DNA of 64,000 nucleotides from Kiritimatiellia bacterium (GTDB lineage: Bacteria > Verrucomicrobiota > Kiritimatiellia > JAAZAB01). The first letter of the stretch is position 1, and each line of letters begins with the position of its first letter. The notes under the pieces were generated by a model. It did no database searches, was not told the origin of the DNA, and saw nothing but the letters and a program-made list of their open reading frames with translations. The stretch lies in the NCBI GenBank assembly GCA_040767085.1, contig JAXGPF010000005.1, forward strand, positions 8,343-72,342, given 5' to 3'. Of the stretch, positions 37,531 to 47,056 are shown in pieces. The position numbers and the translations under genes were made by a program.

Positions 37531-40500
37531 TTATGGCTCGAATTCCGTCGCCGCAGCGCCGCGTTCTATCTGCAACCCATCCACCCAGACAGTGCTGCTG
37601 GCATCGGACACAAAATGCACTCCCAGCATGCTGGCGCCCGACCCGGCTTCGAAAGCCACACTGCAGCGTTGCCATTGGCGTTGCAGTTGGAAAGAAGTGT
37701 CGCCTTTTCCGCCGGCGCGCAGCTTGGCGGTCACGCCCTCTCGATCCGCGCGCAGCCAGGCGGAAAATACATATTTTTCCGGCGTCATATGGCTGGTATG
37801 CAAATTGATATAAATAAACCGCCAGCTACCGCCATCCGCAATCATTTCCAGACATTTAGCGCCATGGTACGGAGCATTGGTGGTCAACCCCCACACTTGA
37901 TTGGAACCGCCAATGCGTTCCCAGGGCTTCAGCGGCGTTCCTGTCTGGCGCCAGTAATCGGGACGGCCGGGAATGGATTCCTCTTCCAAACTCGGATTCG
38001 GCGCCAGGTTTTTCATATCAACCCGCCCCGCCCGCCCGTAAGTCGGCGTCCGCGGCGGCGGCATGCCCCGCGGCTGCATGGCGACCCCGATGGCAAGCGC
38101 CCCGTCTAGCACGGAATCATGGCCGGCTTTTTGTATATGATAGGCGCGCACTCCCAGCGGTTCCAGTTGATCATCAAAGGCGCCGGCGGTAACGGGATAA
38201 GCAGCCGCCAGGAAAAGTTCTTGAATGGCTTCGGCGCGCTCAAACAGGGGGGAATCGTATCGCACCGCAACCGGGTAATCGGCGACATTGGCGGCCAGCA
38301 AGATAAAGCCCCCGTCCGGGTCGCGCTTCAGCGCAACATGTACATCCGGCATGCGCCGGGCGTCAAAATCATACGGCCCGCCGGAATAATTCACGGTTTG
38401 GGGCAGATCCGGTTCCAGGCATGCGGGACTTAACCGCCGCAGGCGCCGTGCCAATTCGCGCAGCGTATCCCAGTTAGCCTGAGCGCGCTCCGGGTAGCAG
38501 AAATATCCGATGCCTTTGACGCCGTGGATCAAAGCCAGGTAGGTTTGGCACACCTGCTCGGCGGGCAGCAAGGCGCGCTTGACGATCCCGCTGTATTCGG
38601 CGCCCTGCATGACGACCAGGGGCACCACGCGCATCCGCCGCGCTTTCAGCCGCAAGTGATGCGCCATCCAAGCGACATAATCAATAGTGCCGTTGACGCC
38701 TGCATGTTCCGGCGTCCAGTATGGATCAATCCCCAACATATCCGCCCAATCAAACCAGTCATCCGAACATTGGTACACGCCCGGATTACAATTGAGAAAA
38801 ACCGGATGGTAGCCGTCCAGTTTTTTTATCCGGCGATAGAATTCCCGGCCGACGGGAATCTGGCCGTAATTGATATTCAACAACGGCTCGTCGAAAATGA
38901 AACAAGCGGCCAGCGCCGGATGCCGCATTCCCGCCTGCAATACCGCCGCAAGATAAGGCATCTGATTGTCAAGATACTCCAGCAATACTGCGGTTTTAAC
39001 TTGCGCAGCGCGTCCGGGAATGGCGGAGAGAATGACATCTTTGCTGCGGATGCCCAACGAGCAGGTGGCATGTTGCAAGGCGCGGTTGACCGCATGCAGT
39101 TCCTCCGGATTCAGTAGTTGATCCCGGTTTTTGACCTTGGTGCGGGCGTTGAACGGCGTATAATTCATATCCACAGCCGCAATGACTTTCAGACCATGCC
39201 GCGCCGCGGCATCCAGGTATGCCTGCATATCTTTAACTTGATCGCCCTCAGGATCGCTGCGGTCGCCCGCCGGCTGATATGACCATTGGTACATGGTGTT
39301 AAAACCGGCGTCCGCTATTTCGGCGAAAGCATAATCATCCGCCGGCGTAATGCCGGCCATGATCATCCCGCACGGAAAAAACGGCTTGCCGTTGTCAAGC
39401 AGCCGTTGATTGGCCCGATCCACTTTCCACTCGCAACCCGGGCGCGGAGCGCGCTTAATCAGCGGCAGTGCCAGCACCGACCCGGCGCCGCCATCCGCCA
39501 GCACGAGTTCCAAGTGCAATTGGTGTTCCCCCGCCGGCACCCGATCGAGCGGCACGGCAAAATCCAACCGGGGGGGTGGCGCGTCCAGACTAGCCAGCAC
39601 CTGCGCTCCCAGCCGCGCCTGGAGATGGAGATCGCGCAAGGTTTCCGCCGGCATTCCGATACGGCAAGCGGCATACGCCGCCGATTCCGTCGTGTAATAA
39701 TCGCGGTCTAACTCTGCCGCGAACAGGTTCAGTACGCCAGCATCTGCGATAGCCAGCTTTTGCCAGGTCTCGCGTGTCGTACCGTCCACCAAACACACCG
39801 TGACGGCGCGTTCCGTCATGGCCGCGACCGGAACCGGCACACGCGCCGACAGCATGACAGCGCTGCCATCCGCGAAAACAACCTTTTCAGCCAGAGTGCT
39901 TTCGCCATGGCGGGGTTCGTCCTTCACGGCAATGAGCACGGTCCCGGTGGCAGAACTGAACAACTGCAAGTCGGCCTGAATGTCATAAAAAGCCGTCCCA
40001 TTGGTGACATAATACTGACTGACTTCCGCCGATTTAATATAGGGCAGCAAAGGCGCAACCAGGCTATTTATTTCCAAATCGAGCAGGCGCCCGAAACGCG
40101 CCGCCTCCGTCCAGGCGTTGGCGGGTGAACTGCCTGAAAGCGCCGCCCAACTGAGGCATTCGCGCTCTGCACCAATTTTCACCCGGCAAGCGTCGCGGTA
40201 AACGCGGAAACAATCAATGATAAAATTCATCCGAGCTTGCTCGGGGTGACCTACCTCGGTCAGAAGCGCAAGCGGCAGCGCAATTTCAACTTGCCAGCCC
40301 CGGGGATCGGTTGTCACCGCCGATTTCCATGGAATATTCCATTCCTCGCGTTCGCGGCCCTTATCCGTAGTCACCCGGAAATCGGCCCGGGTGTTGGCTT
40401 TATTGACTAGAAACTGATAAAACATTTGGCCGCCCGTGCCGGGATCGAAGGAAACCTGCACATTATCTTCGCGTTGCACAGGCTGGTCGTGTGATAAATA

Positions 40501-40791
40501 AAGCGGCGGATCGCGCTGATCTTCCGGTTGGTCAACCGTGAAAGCCGCGTAAAGCCAGCGGCTGTCACGCAAAACGCGCACATAATGCCTGCGGACGGCG
40601 CCGGAGTCTCCTCCAACCTGACGAAATTCATCCACCAGCGCGGCTGCCGACCAGCAAGCATCCGTTATAATCCCGTCAATGAGCGGCGCTTCCATGGCGC
40701 ATGGAACCCGGATTTCGGGGATACCGCCGGCGCCGGCGCGCATGGCCAGAGCAAACAGACCGATTTTCACATATTGGCTCAAATCACGCAT
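37531..40791 (-). CDS. large secreted multidomain protein, CBM9-like N-terminal domain, putative glycoside hydrolase
   Basis: ORF track; 1086 aa; signal peptide; N-terminal APLIDGIITDACW pattern; domain calls tentative. Confidence 0.5.
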   Translation of the reverse strand: MRDLSQYVKIGLFALAMRAGAGGIPEIRVPCAMEAPLIDGIITDACWSAAALVDEFRQVGGDSGAVRRHYVRVLRDSRWLYAAFTVDQPEDQRDPPLYLSHDQPVQREDNVQVSFDPGTGGQMFYQFLVNKANTRADFRVTTDKGREREEWNIPWKSAVTTDPRGWQVEIALPLALLTEVGHPEQARMNFIIDCFRVYRDACRVKIGAERECLSWAALSGSSPANAWTEAARFGRLLDLEINSLVAPLLPYIKSAEVSQYYVTNGTAFYDIQADLQLFSSATGTVLIAVKDEPRHGESTLAEKVVFADGSAVMLSARVPVPVAAMTERAVTVCLVDGTTRETWQKLAIADAGVLNLFAAELDRDYYTTESAAYAACRIGMPAETLRDLHLQARLGAQVLASLDAPPPRLDFAVPLDRVPAGEHQLHLELVLADGGAGSVLALPLIKRAPRPGCEWKVDRANQRLLDNGKPFFPCGMIMAGITPADDYAFAEIADAGFNTMYQWSYQPAGDRSDPEGDQVKDMQAYLDAAARHGLKVIAAVDMNYTPFNARTKVKNRDQLLNPEELHAVNRALQHATCSLGIRSKDVILSAIPGRAAQVKTAVLLEYLDNQMPYLAAVLQAGMRHPALAACFIFDEPLLNINYGQIPVGREFYRRIKKLDGYHPVFLNCNPGVYQCSDDWFDWADMLGIDPYWTPEHAGVNGTIDYVAWMAHHLRLKARRMRVVPLVVMQGAEYSGIVKRALLPAEQVCQTYLALIHGVKGIGYFCYPERAQANWDTLRELARRLRRLSPACLEPDLPQTVNYSGGPYDFDARRMPDVHVALKRDPDGGFILLAANVADYPVAVRYDSPLFERAEAIQELFLAAAYPVTAGAFDDQLEPLGVRAYHIQKAGHDSVLDGALAIGVAMQPRGMPPPRTPTYGRAGRVDMKNLAPNPSLEEESIPGRPDYWRQTGTPLKPWERIGGSNQVWGLTTNAPYHGAKCLEMIADGGSWRFIYINLHTSHMTPEKYVFSAWLRADREGVTAKLRAGGKGDTSFQLQRQWQRCSVAFEAGSGASMLGVHFVSDASSTVWVDGLQIERGAAATEFEP

Positions 40792-40998
40792 GCATATCCC
40801 GTTTGATGTCAGACGGCACTCCGCCGCGGTATGCTGGCAGTCTTTGGACAGCCGTTGCGATTGAAGGTATTCCTGCCGGCAATTTTCCGCAACTGGAAAA
40901 ACTTGCTTTTTTGTGGAAAATATTGCTGCCCCGGTCAGACCGCTGCCTGGTCAGTGCGCCAAGGGGTGACGGGCATGCAGTTCCGCGGCCGGGCGCCG

Positions 40999-41910
40999 TC
41001 ATTTCCGCCGGCCCGGGGTGGTCATCAGCCAGACGCCCAGCAACACTCCGGCAAAGGCAATCCCAAATGTGAGCGTCAGCCGTTCCTTCACCAGCAGCAT
41101 GGCCAGGGCGGCGGTGATCATGGTGGAAATATAGCCAAACGCCCCCAGTTCGCCGGCCTTGAGATATTTTAAAGCGCTGAACCAGGCCACGTAGGCCAAT
41201 CCGGAAGCGCCCACCCCCAGGTAAGCCATGCCCCACCAGACCGGCGCCGGCAGGGCCGGCAACACCGGGCGGCCGGTAGCCAGCAGAAACGCCAGGGTAA
41301 GCGCGGTGCCTGCCAGCATGGCGGCGGAGGCGCTGATCAAGCCGCCATATTGCCGGGTCACGCCGTTGCCGCCGACCGTATAAGCCGACCAACAGACCGC
41401 CGACATCAGCGCCAGCAGATCGCCAACGTAACTGCTGCGATCCATGAACTGGTCGCTGCCGGCCTGGCCGCCCATGCCCAGGATCATCGCCAGCAGGCCC
41501 ACGGCCATCCCGGCGGCCATGCGCCGGGTGATGGGCTCTTTCAGCAGCATGGCGGCAATCAGCACCGTCAAAATCGGCGAAGCGTTGGCGAACAAACAAC
41601 TGCGCGCCGCCGTCGTGTATTGCAGGGAATAAAACTGCAGGGCGCCTTCCCCGAAAACCCCGGTCAGGCCCAGGAAGGCGAAAGTCCAGCCATGCCGGCC
41701 CAGGGCGCGGAACAATTCCCGGCCGCGTCCCAATGCCGCCGCCAGCCCCACAAAAAACACGCTGGCCATCAGAAACCTGAGAAATGTCAGGGTTAACGGA
41801 TCAACCGTGAAATTGCCGAAAAGCAGGCGGGTCACCACATACAAACTCGCCCAGAATATCGTCGCCAGCAATCCCAACCCCAACCCCGCCAGCCGTGCGC
41901 GCGCGATCAT
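40999..41910 (-). CDS. EamA/DMT superfamily permease
   Basis: ORF track 40999..42081 trimmed to ATG 41910; about 10 TM helices. Confidence 0.75.
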   Translation of the reverse strand: MIARARLAGLGLGLLATIFWASLYVVTRLLFGNFTVDPLTLTFLRFLMASVFFVGLAAALGRGRELFRALGRHGWTFAFLGLTGVFGEGALQFYSLQYTTAARSCLFANASPILTVLIAAMLLKEPITRRMAAGMAVGLLAMILGMGGQAGSDQFMDRSSYVGDLLALMSAVCWSAYTVGGNGVTRQYGGLISASAAMLAGTALTLAFLLATGRPVLPALPAPVWWGMAYLGVGASGLAYVAWFSALKYLKAGELGAFGYISTMITAALAMLLVKERLTLTFGIAFAGVLLGVWLMTTPGRRK

Positions 41911-42047
41911 GTCAGCTCCGTTCACTATGAAAATTGTCCGACTTCGTTTACCGCCGGCGCCGTCCCGTCGCATCCTGGCGGCCAGAAACCGGCAGGCGCA
42001 AAATGCAGGGCAGATCAGCCTTATAATGCGGCGCGGGAGCGGCGTCT

Positions 42048-43250
42048 TCAGGGGGCCGCGGCAGCGCCGGCGGCCATGCACCAGTTCTTCAGCCAGGAAT
42101 AAAGCGAATCGGCCATCTGGTGGTAGCCTTCCCGGGAGGGATGGACGCCATTATTCAGGCGGGTGGCTTCCACCGCGGCGCGCGCATTGGCCGGCGCGGT
42201 GATCTTGGGATAGTTATTCACGGTATCCAGGTTGACGTAAGCCGGGATCAATTCGATGCCTTCCTGCTCGCGGCCGGCGTATGCGGCCAGCATGCGCTCG
42301 ACCACCCGGTGCTGGTTGCGCCGGTACTGCCAGCGGGTTTGGGTGCATTTGTAATTCGAGCCGAAGGCATCCTGCGTCGCCGCCGGCGGCGGGATCAGAA
42401 ACAGCCCGATCACAGTGTCCGACCGGGCGGCCCGGAAAGCGGCAATCATCTGATTCAGGTGCAACAGCATTCCGTCAATGCTGGCTTCAATGGTCTCATC
42501 CGTTGCCCGGAAATTGTCATTGATGCCCAGGCAGATGGTGATCACGTCCGGCCCCCGCTCCAGGCCGCATGCGCGGAGATACCGGTTGAAATCAAACTCC
42601 GGCACGCCGGCGGCGCCGGGAAACACGAATGGGCTGCACCCGCGCCGGCCGGACGGCAGCGTGCCTTCCTCAGAGTAAAACGTGGCGAACCGGGCGGCGG
42701 TCCAGCCGCCGTAACCTTCATGGCGGATATCGGGCAAGGCGGCGTTGGTATGGCTGCCGATCAAAGTCAGCGCGGGATTACCCGGCGCGCGGCACAATTC
42801 GAACAGTTCGGCGGGATAGGCGCTATTGGCGGTCAAGCTGTCGCCGATGATCAGGCAGGCCAGCGGCCGGCCGGCGCCGGCATCGGCTGCGGCCACCCTG
42901 ACGCAAGTGGTGGCGGCGGCAATTTCAGTGTTGACCGCGTTGAAAACCGCGAGGCGCAGGGGATAGTCGCCGGCATGATTGGTGGCGGGCAGAAACGTCC
43001 AGCGTTCCGACTGTTGGATGCCCAACTCGCAATCCACGTCGAACACGTATCCGCTCAAGTCCGGCGCCAGCACGATGTTGTCGAAATAAATATTGATTTC
43101 CCGGCCGGGCGCCGCATGCACGATCGGCGGCAGCGCCAGGCGCAGCGGGTCGGCCGGCGGGATCGCGTTGGTTTCTTCCGCCCGGACTGAGGCGGCCCCA
43201 CAAACACAAACAACCGTCAATGCGGCGATTTTTTTCAATATTTTCTGCAT
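42048..43250 (-). CDS. secreted SGNH/GDSL hydrolase
   Basis: ORF track; signal peptide; GDSL motif LIIGDSLTANS. Confidence 0.7.
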   Translation of the reverse strand: MQKILKKIAALTVVCVCGAASVRAEETNAIPPADPLRLALPPIVHAAPGREINIYFDNIVLAPDLSGYVFDVDCELGIQQSERWTFLPATNHAGDYPLRLAVFNAVNTEIAAATTCVRVAAADAGAGRPLACLIIGDSLTANSAYPAELFELCRAPGNPALTLIGSHTNAALPDIRHEGYGGWTAARFATFYSEEGTLPSGRRGCSPFVFPGAAGVPEFDFNRYLRACGLERGPDVITICLGINDNFRATDETIEASIDGMLLHLNQMIAAFRAARSDTVIGLFLIPPPAATQDAFGSNYKCTQTRWQYRRNQHRVVERMLAAYAGREQEGIELIPAYVNLDTVNNYPKITAPANARAAVEATRLNNGVHPSREGYHQMADSLYSWLKNWCMAAGAAAAP

Positions 43251-43307
43251 CTGCTCCTCCCGTTGATTACCATGTCCCAGCCTGTAGTCGAAACAAAAGG
43301 ATCGTTC

Positions 43308-44027
43308 TTATGTCACGGAAATGACGTTCGTCATGTCACTGCCGGCGGCCGGCGCATATTCCAGCGGATCCGCCGCGCCGGCGGCGCGGAAGGCGGCCAG
43401 GCGCTCGACGCAGGACGGGCAGACACCGCAGGCCTGCGTTCCCCCGCGATAACAGGTCCAGGTATGGGCGTAATCCACGCCCAATTGCATACCGATGCGC
43501 AATACCGCGGCCTTGTTCAGCGCGGCGAACGGCGCGCGAACCTGCACCGGCGCGCGCCGATTAAGCGCCAGCAGATTGTTCAACCGCCGTAAAAATTCTT
43601 CCGTGCAATCCCAGTAGCCGTAACAATCCTGATGCTGGGCGGCGTAAAACACTTCCGCGATGCCGTGCGCCTCGGCATAAGCGGCAGCCAGGGTCAGGAG
43701 GAGGAGATTGCGGTGGGGCACATAGGTTGGCGGCTGATCGAGTTGCGCGGGCGCAAGGTCCGCCAGGGCCGGCACCGGCGCGCCGCCAATCAGCGCCGTG
43801 GCGGCGCCGGCTAATTGCCGCAGAACATCCAGGTCTAAAATTTCATGCGCGGCGGCGCCGGCCGCGGCCGCCTGCCACGCCGCGCATTCCAGTTCGCGCG
43901 CGTGACGCTGGCCGTAACGAAATGTCAGGGCGTGGATATCGGTCCCGGGGCGGTTGCGCCGCAGGTGGTGCAGCAGCGTGGCAGAATCCAGCCCGCCGCT
44001 TAAGAGAATGGCCCGCGCGGAATGCAT
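43308..44027 (-). CDS. queC: 7-cyano-7-deazaguanine synthase
   Basis: ORF track 43308..44141 trimmed to ATG 44027; PP-loop SGGLDS; C-terminal Zn cysteines CGVCPSC. Confidence 0.85.
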   Translation of the reverse strand: MHSARAILLSGGLDSATLLHHLRRNRPGTDIHALTFRYGQRHARELECAAWQAAAAGAAAHEILDLDVLRQLAGAATALIGGAPVPALADLAPAQLDQPPTYVPHRNLLLLTLAAAYAEAHGIAEVFYAAQHQDCYGYWDCTEEFLRRLNNLLALNRRAPVQVRAPFAALNKAAVLRIGMQLGVDYAHTWTCYRGGTQACGVCPSCVERLAAFRAAGAADPLEYAPAAGSDMTNVISVT

Positions 44028-44226
44028 AGCTATGATCTGAGGCCGACACCGCGCCGGGCGCCGGGCTTGTTCAGCCAGCATGCTACCATTCCGCGCCGGG
44101 TTGTCAATGTTTTCCCCGGCCGGACGCCGGCCAAGCACCAACCAGGAGTGGCGCGGGCTTGGCGGAATGGCCGGCGCTGCATTTACAGCCTTGACTTGCC
44201 GGAAACTTTGGGTAACTTATGTTTTC

Positions 44227-45279
44227 ATGCATTCTGCGGGAAAAATCAGCCTGCTCTTTCTAGCGGTTCTGCTGGCCGCCGCGCCGTTGTCCGCTCAATT
44301 TTCCGGGACGGAGCCGGCCGGCGCCGGCATGCCGGCCGTGCCGGCCGCCGCCAAGTCCCGCCGCAGCCTGCACTGGTGGGAACGCCGGCAGCCGGCCGCC
44401 GATAATCCAACCGCGCAGTTGCAGCTGGCCGACCAGTTGCGCGCCGAGGGACGGCTGCGGAGTGCCGCCCGGCATTACCGCATCCTCACCTTTGCCTGGC
44501 CCAACGCTCCGGAAGCGCCCATGGCCCAATTCCGCTATGCCGGCATTCTCCAGCAACGCGCCCAATACAAACGGGCCTTCGAGGAATATCAATACCTCCT
44601 GGATACCTATGCGGGGTTTTTCCCTTACGAAGAAGTGCTGGAGCAGCAATACGCCATTGCCGATCATATTGCCACACGCCGCAAAAGGCTGCTGTTCGTC
44701 GCTTACCAGGACGAAGCCGAGGCCATCCCGATGTTCGAACAATTGGTCGCCAATGCCCCGTCCTGGAAACGCGCCGCGGAATTACAGTTCCGCGTCGCCC
44801 GCATTTATGAAAAGGATAAGGAATACGAACTGGCCGTGGATGCCTACAGCGCTTTTCAACAGCGTTTTCCGCTGGCGCCCCAGGCGGAAGCGGCGTTTTA
44901 CAGCCACGCCCGCTGCTGGAAGCACCTCGCCGACCGCCATCCCAACGACGCCAGCCTGCGCGAGCAGGCGGCCGCCGCGCAACAACTGTTCCTGAACACC
45001 TACCCCCGCAGCCCGCTGGCGGAAACCGCGCGCATGTATCTGCAGGAATTGCAACTGGAGCAGGCAGGAGATTTTTACCGCCAGGCGCGCCTGTATGATT
45101 CCATGGCGCGCCATCCCCGCGATTACGGGGCCCAGCCGGAACAGTTGCTGAGCGCCGCCAAAATCTGCTACCAGCGGTTGGAGCGGGAATTCCCGGACTC
45201 GCGCTGGCATGCCTCCGCCGCCGCCCGCCTTGCTGAAATCGACCGCCGCCTGCAGGCGGCCGCCCAGGAGAACCAATGA
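44227..45279 (+). CDS. secreted TPR-repeat protein
   Basis: ORF track 44080..45279 trimmed to ATG 44227 (signal peptide MHSAGKISLLFLAVLLAAAPLSAQ); helical TPR-like repeats. Confidence 0.55.
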   Translation: MHSAGKISLLFLAVLLAAAPLSAQFSGTEPAGAGMPAVPAAAKSRRSLHWWERRQPAADNPTAQLQLADQLRAEGRLRSAARHYRILTFAWPNAPEAPMAQFRYAGILQQRAQYKRAFEEYQYLLDTYAGFFPYEEVLEQQYAIADHIATRRKRLLFVAYQDEAEAIPMFEQLVANAPSWKRAAELQFRVARIYEKDKEYELAVDAYSAFQQRFPLAPQAEAAFYSHARCWKHLADRHPNDASLREQAAAAQQLFLNTYPRSPLAETARMYLQELQLEQAGDFYRQARLYDSMARHPRDYGAQPEQLLSAAKICYQRLEREFPDSRWHASAAARLAEIDRRLQAAAQENQ

Positions 45280-45806
45280 TGCGTCCGATTGTTTTGCCGC
45301 CGCCGCGCTGCCGGCTGGCGCTGATGATGGTTATGCTGCTGGCATTGCAAGCCGGCTGCGCCGGCTATCGCCTGGGCAGCACCCTTGCGCCTGAAATCAA
45401 GTCTATTTTCATTCCCACCTTCGGCAACCGTTCCGGCGAGCCGCTGGCGGAACACGAGCTGACCAAGGCCGCCATCGAAGAATTTCAAAAGGATGGCACA
45501 CTGAAAATCGCCCGCATGGACCAGGCCGACCTGGTGCTCCAATGCTCGCTGGTCAAGGTGGACCTGGACCCGTTGCGTTATGACCGCGCGGACCGCTCCA
45601 AGCCTAATGAATACCGGTTGCGTGTAACGGTGTTATACAGTCTCAAACGCGGCGGCTCGATGGAAACCATTGACGAGGGGGATGCGGAGGGCGAGGCGAC
45701 CTTTGTCTTTGCCGGCAACCTGACGCTGGCCAAGAAGAACGCCCTGCCCGACGCCGCCAAGGACCTGGCCAAGCGGCTGGTGGAAACCGTGGTTGAAACC
45801 TGGTAA
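45276..45806 (+). CDS. lipoprotein, LptE-like
   Basis: ORF track; lipobox LQAGC; overlaps upstream TPR gene by 4 bp; LptE assignment by pattern only. Confidence 0.45.
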   Translation: MMRPIVLPPPRCRLALMMVMLLALQAGCAGYRLGSTLAPEIKSIFIPTFGNRSGEPLAEHELTKAAIEEFQKDGTLKIARMDQADLVLQCSLVKVDLDPLRYDRADRSKPNEYRLRVTVLYSLKRGGSMETIDEGDAEGEATFVFAGNLTLAKKNALPDAAKDLAKRLVETVVETW

Positions 45807-45817
45807 AGGCGCAGGGC

Positions 45818-46099
45818 TCAGGCTTGCGGCGCGGCGGCCGCGGCGGCCACCAACTGGGCAGCGGCGCGGCGTTTGCGCCGGATCGCGGTGTTTTTCTTGA
45901 TGATCCCGCGCTTGGCCGCCTTATCCAACACCGAGCAGTAAGCGCGGAAAGACTGGTTGGCTTTTTCAACGTTGCGCTGTGAGCATTCGGTCAAAACATC
46001 GCGGCGGGCGGTTGCCACGCGCGATTTCACTGCCCGGTTGCGCCCGCGCGCGGTTTCAGACGTCCGCACACGCTTCATTGCACTTTTGATGTTTGGCAT
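45818..46099 (-). CDS. rpsT: 30S ribosomal protein S20
   Basis: ORF track; 93 aa; MPNIKSAMKRVRTSE N-terminus. Confidence 0.9.
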   Translation of the reverse strand: MPNIKSAMKRVRTSETARGRNRAVKSRVATARRDVLTECSQRNVEKANQSFRAYCSVLDKAAKRGIIKKNTAIRRKRRAAAQLVAAAAAAPQA

Positions 46100-46161
46100 A
46101 ACCTGATCATCCCCCGGATTTTTTCGTTTGGTCGGCCGTTACCGTCAGCCCAGATTGAAAA

Positions 46162-46236
46162 TGGCACGCCCAAGGAGAGTCGAACTCCTCTTCCCAGGAT
46201 GAAAACCTGGTGTCCTGACCGATAGACGATGGGCGC
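46162..46236 (-). tRNA. tRNA-Glu (anticodon UUC)
   Basis: Manual cloverleaf on minus strand: acceptor GCGCCCA/TGGGCGT, anticodon stem CCAGG/CCTGG, loop TTTTCAT, T-arm AGGAG-TTCGACT-CTCCT, 3' GCCA; 75 nt. Confidence 0.85.
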
Positions 46237-46264
46237 AATAAAGTGTTGATTTATACGCCAGGAA

Positions 46265-47056
46265 TCAGGCAAATGCAAGCCTAAAATAATTCCGCGCGAT
46301 TCGGCCGGCCGCCGCCCATATCCCGGCGCGCCGGCCCGCCGGCCGGAATGCTCCGGGCGGCTGCGCCAGCAAGGCGCGCAAGGCAGAGACCGGATGTTCC
46401 GGATCGTCATCGCCTGCTCCCACAAATCCGTATGAACCCAGGCGCCGTTCCTCGCCCGGCCAGGGCAGCGGATCGGAGCCGGGCAACCAGGGCATGCCCG
46501 CTGTTGCCCCGCGGCGCAACAATTCGGGCAAGGGCCAGATGCCCGGGCGCAAGGCCGTGTCGCCCAGCCACAAGCCGCCGGGCCGGTTTTCGCAGATCAA
46601 TTCCGCCACCTGCCGGCCGCGTTTGAAAAACCATTTGCCCGGCGACCAGGGCAACACCGGCAAACCGCCGGCCTGCCGGATATGCCGGATGATTTTCCGC
46701 GCCGGCAAACCGTCCCAGGCCCCCGCTGCCGGGAGCGCCAAGCCCAGGACTTCCAGCCGTTCCGCCGCGGCATACTGCCGGCCCAGCACCAGGAACAAGA
46801 CCGTTGTCCCCTCCCGCTGCACCGTCAGCGAGGCCGGCTCCGGGCCGGGCTGGATTTCAAATGGCCCGGCGCGCATGGGGAAATCGCTCCCATAGAACAC
46901 CTGCGCCCCCGCGCGTTCCGCCAGGCAGGCCAGCACCAGCGGCGGCCGATCGCCCGGCGGCGCCAGATTCCGCAAGTTGGCCAACAGGCAATGCAAAGCC
47001 AAACCCAAGTCGAAACACGGATAAATATGCGCATGGCCGTCGCAGATTAACATCAA
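46265..47056 (-). CDS. hypothetical protein, metal-dependent hydrolase-like N-terminus
   Basis: ORF track; N-terminal ICDGHAH; 4-bp overlap with upstream giant beta-helix gene. Confidence 0.4.
   Translation of the reverse strand: MMLICDGHAHIYPCFDLGLALHCLLANLRNLAPPGDRPPLVLACLAERAGAQVFYGSDFPMRAGPFEIQPGPEPASLTVQREGTTVLFLVLGRQYAAAERLEVLGLALPAAGAWDGLPARKIIRHIRQAGGLPVLPWSPGKWFFKRGRQVAELICENRPGGLWLGDTALRPGIWPLPELLRRGATAGMPWLPGSDPLPWPGEERRLGSYGFVGAGDDDPEHPVSALRALLAQPPGAFRPAGRRAGIWAAAGRIARNYFRLAFA

Noticed and set aside
44028-44226. preQ1 riboswitch upstream of queC
   Set aside because: The leader lacks the conserved preQ1-I or preQ1-II motifs on inspection.
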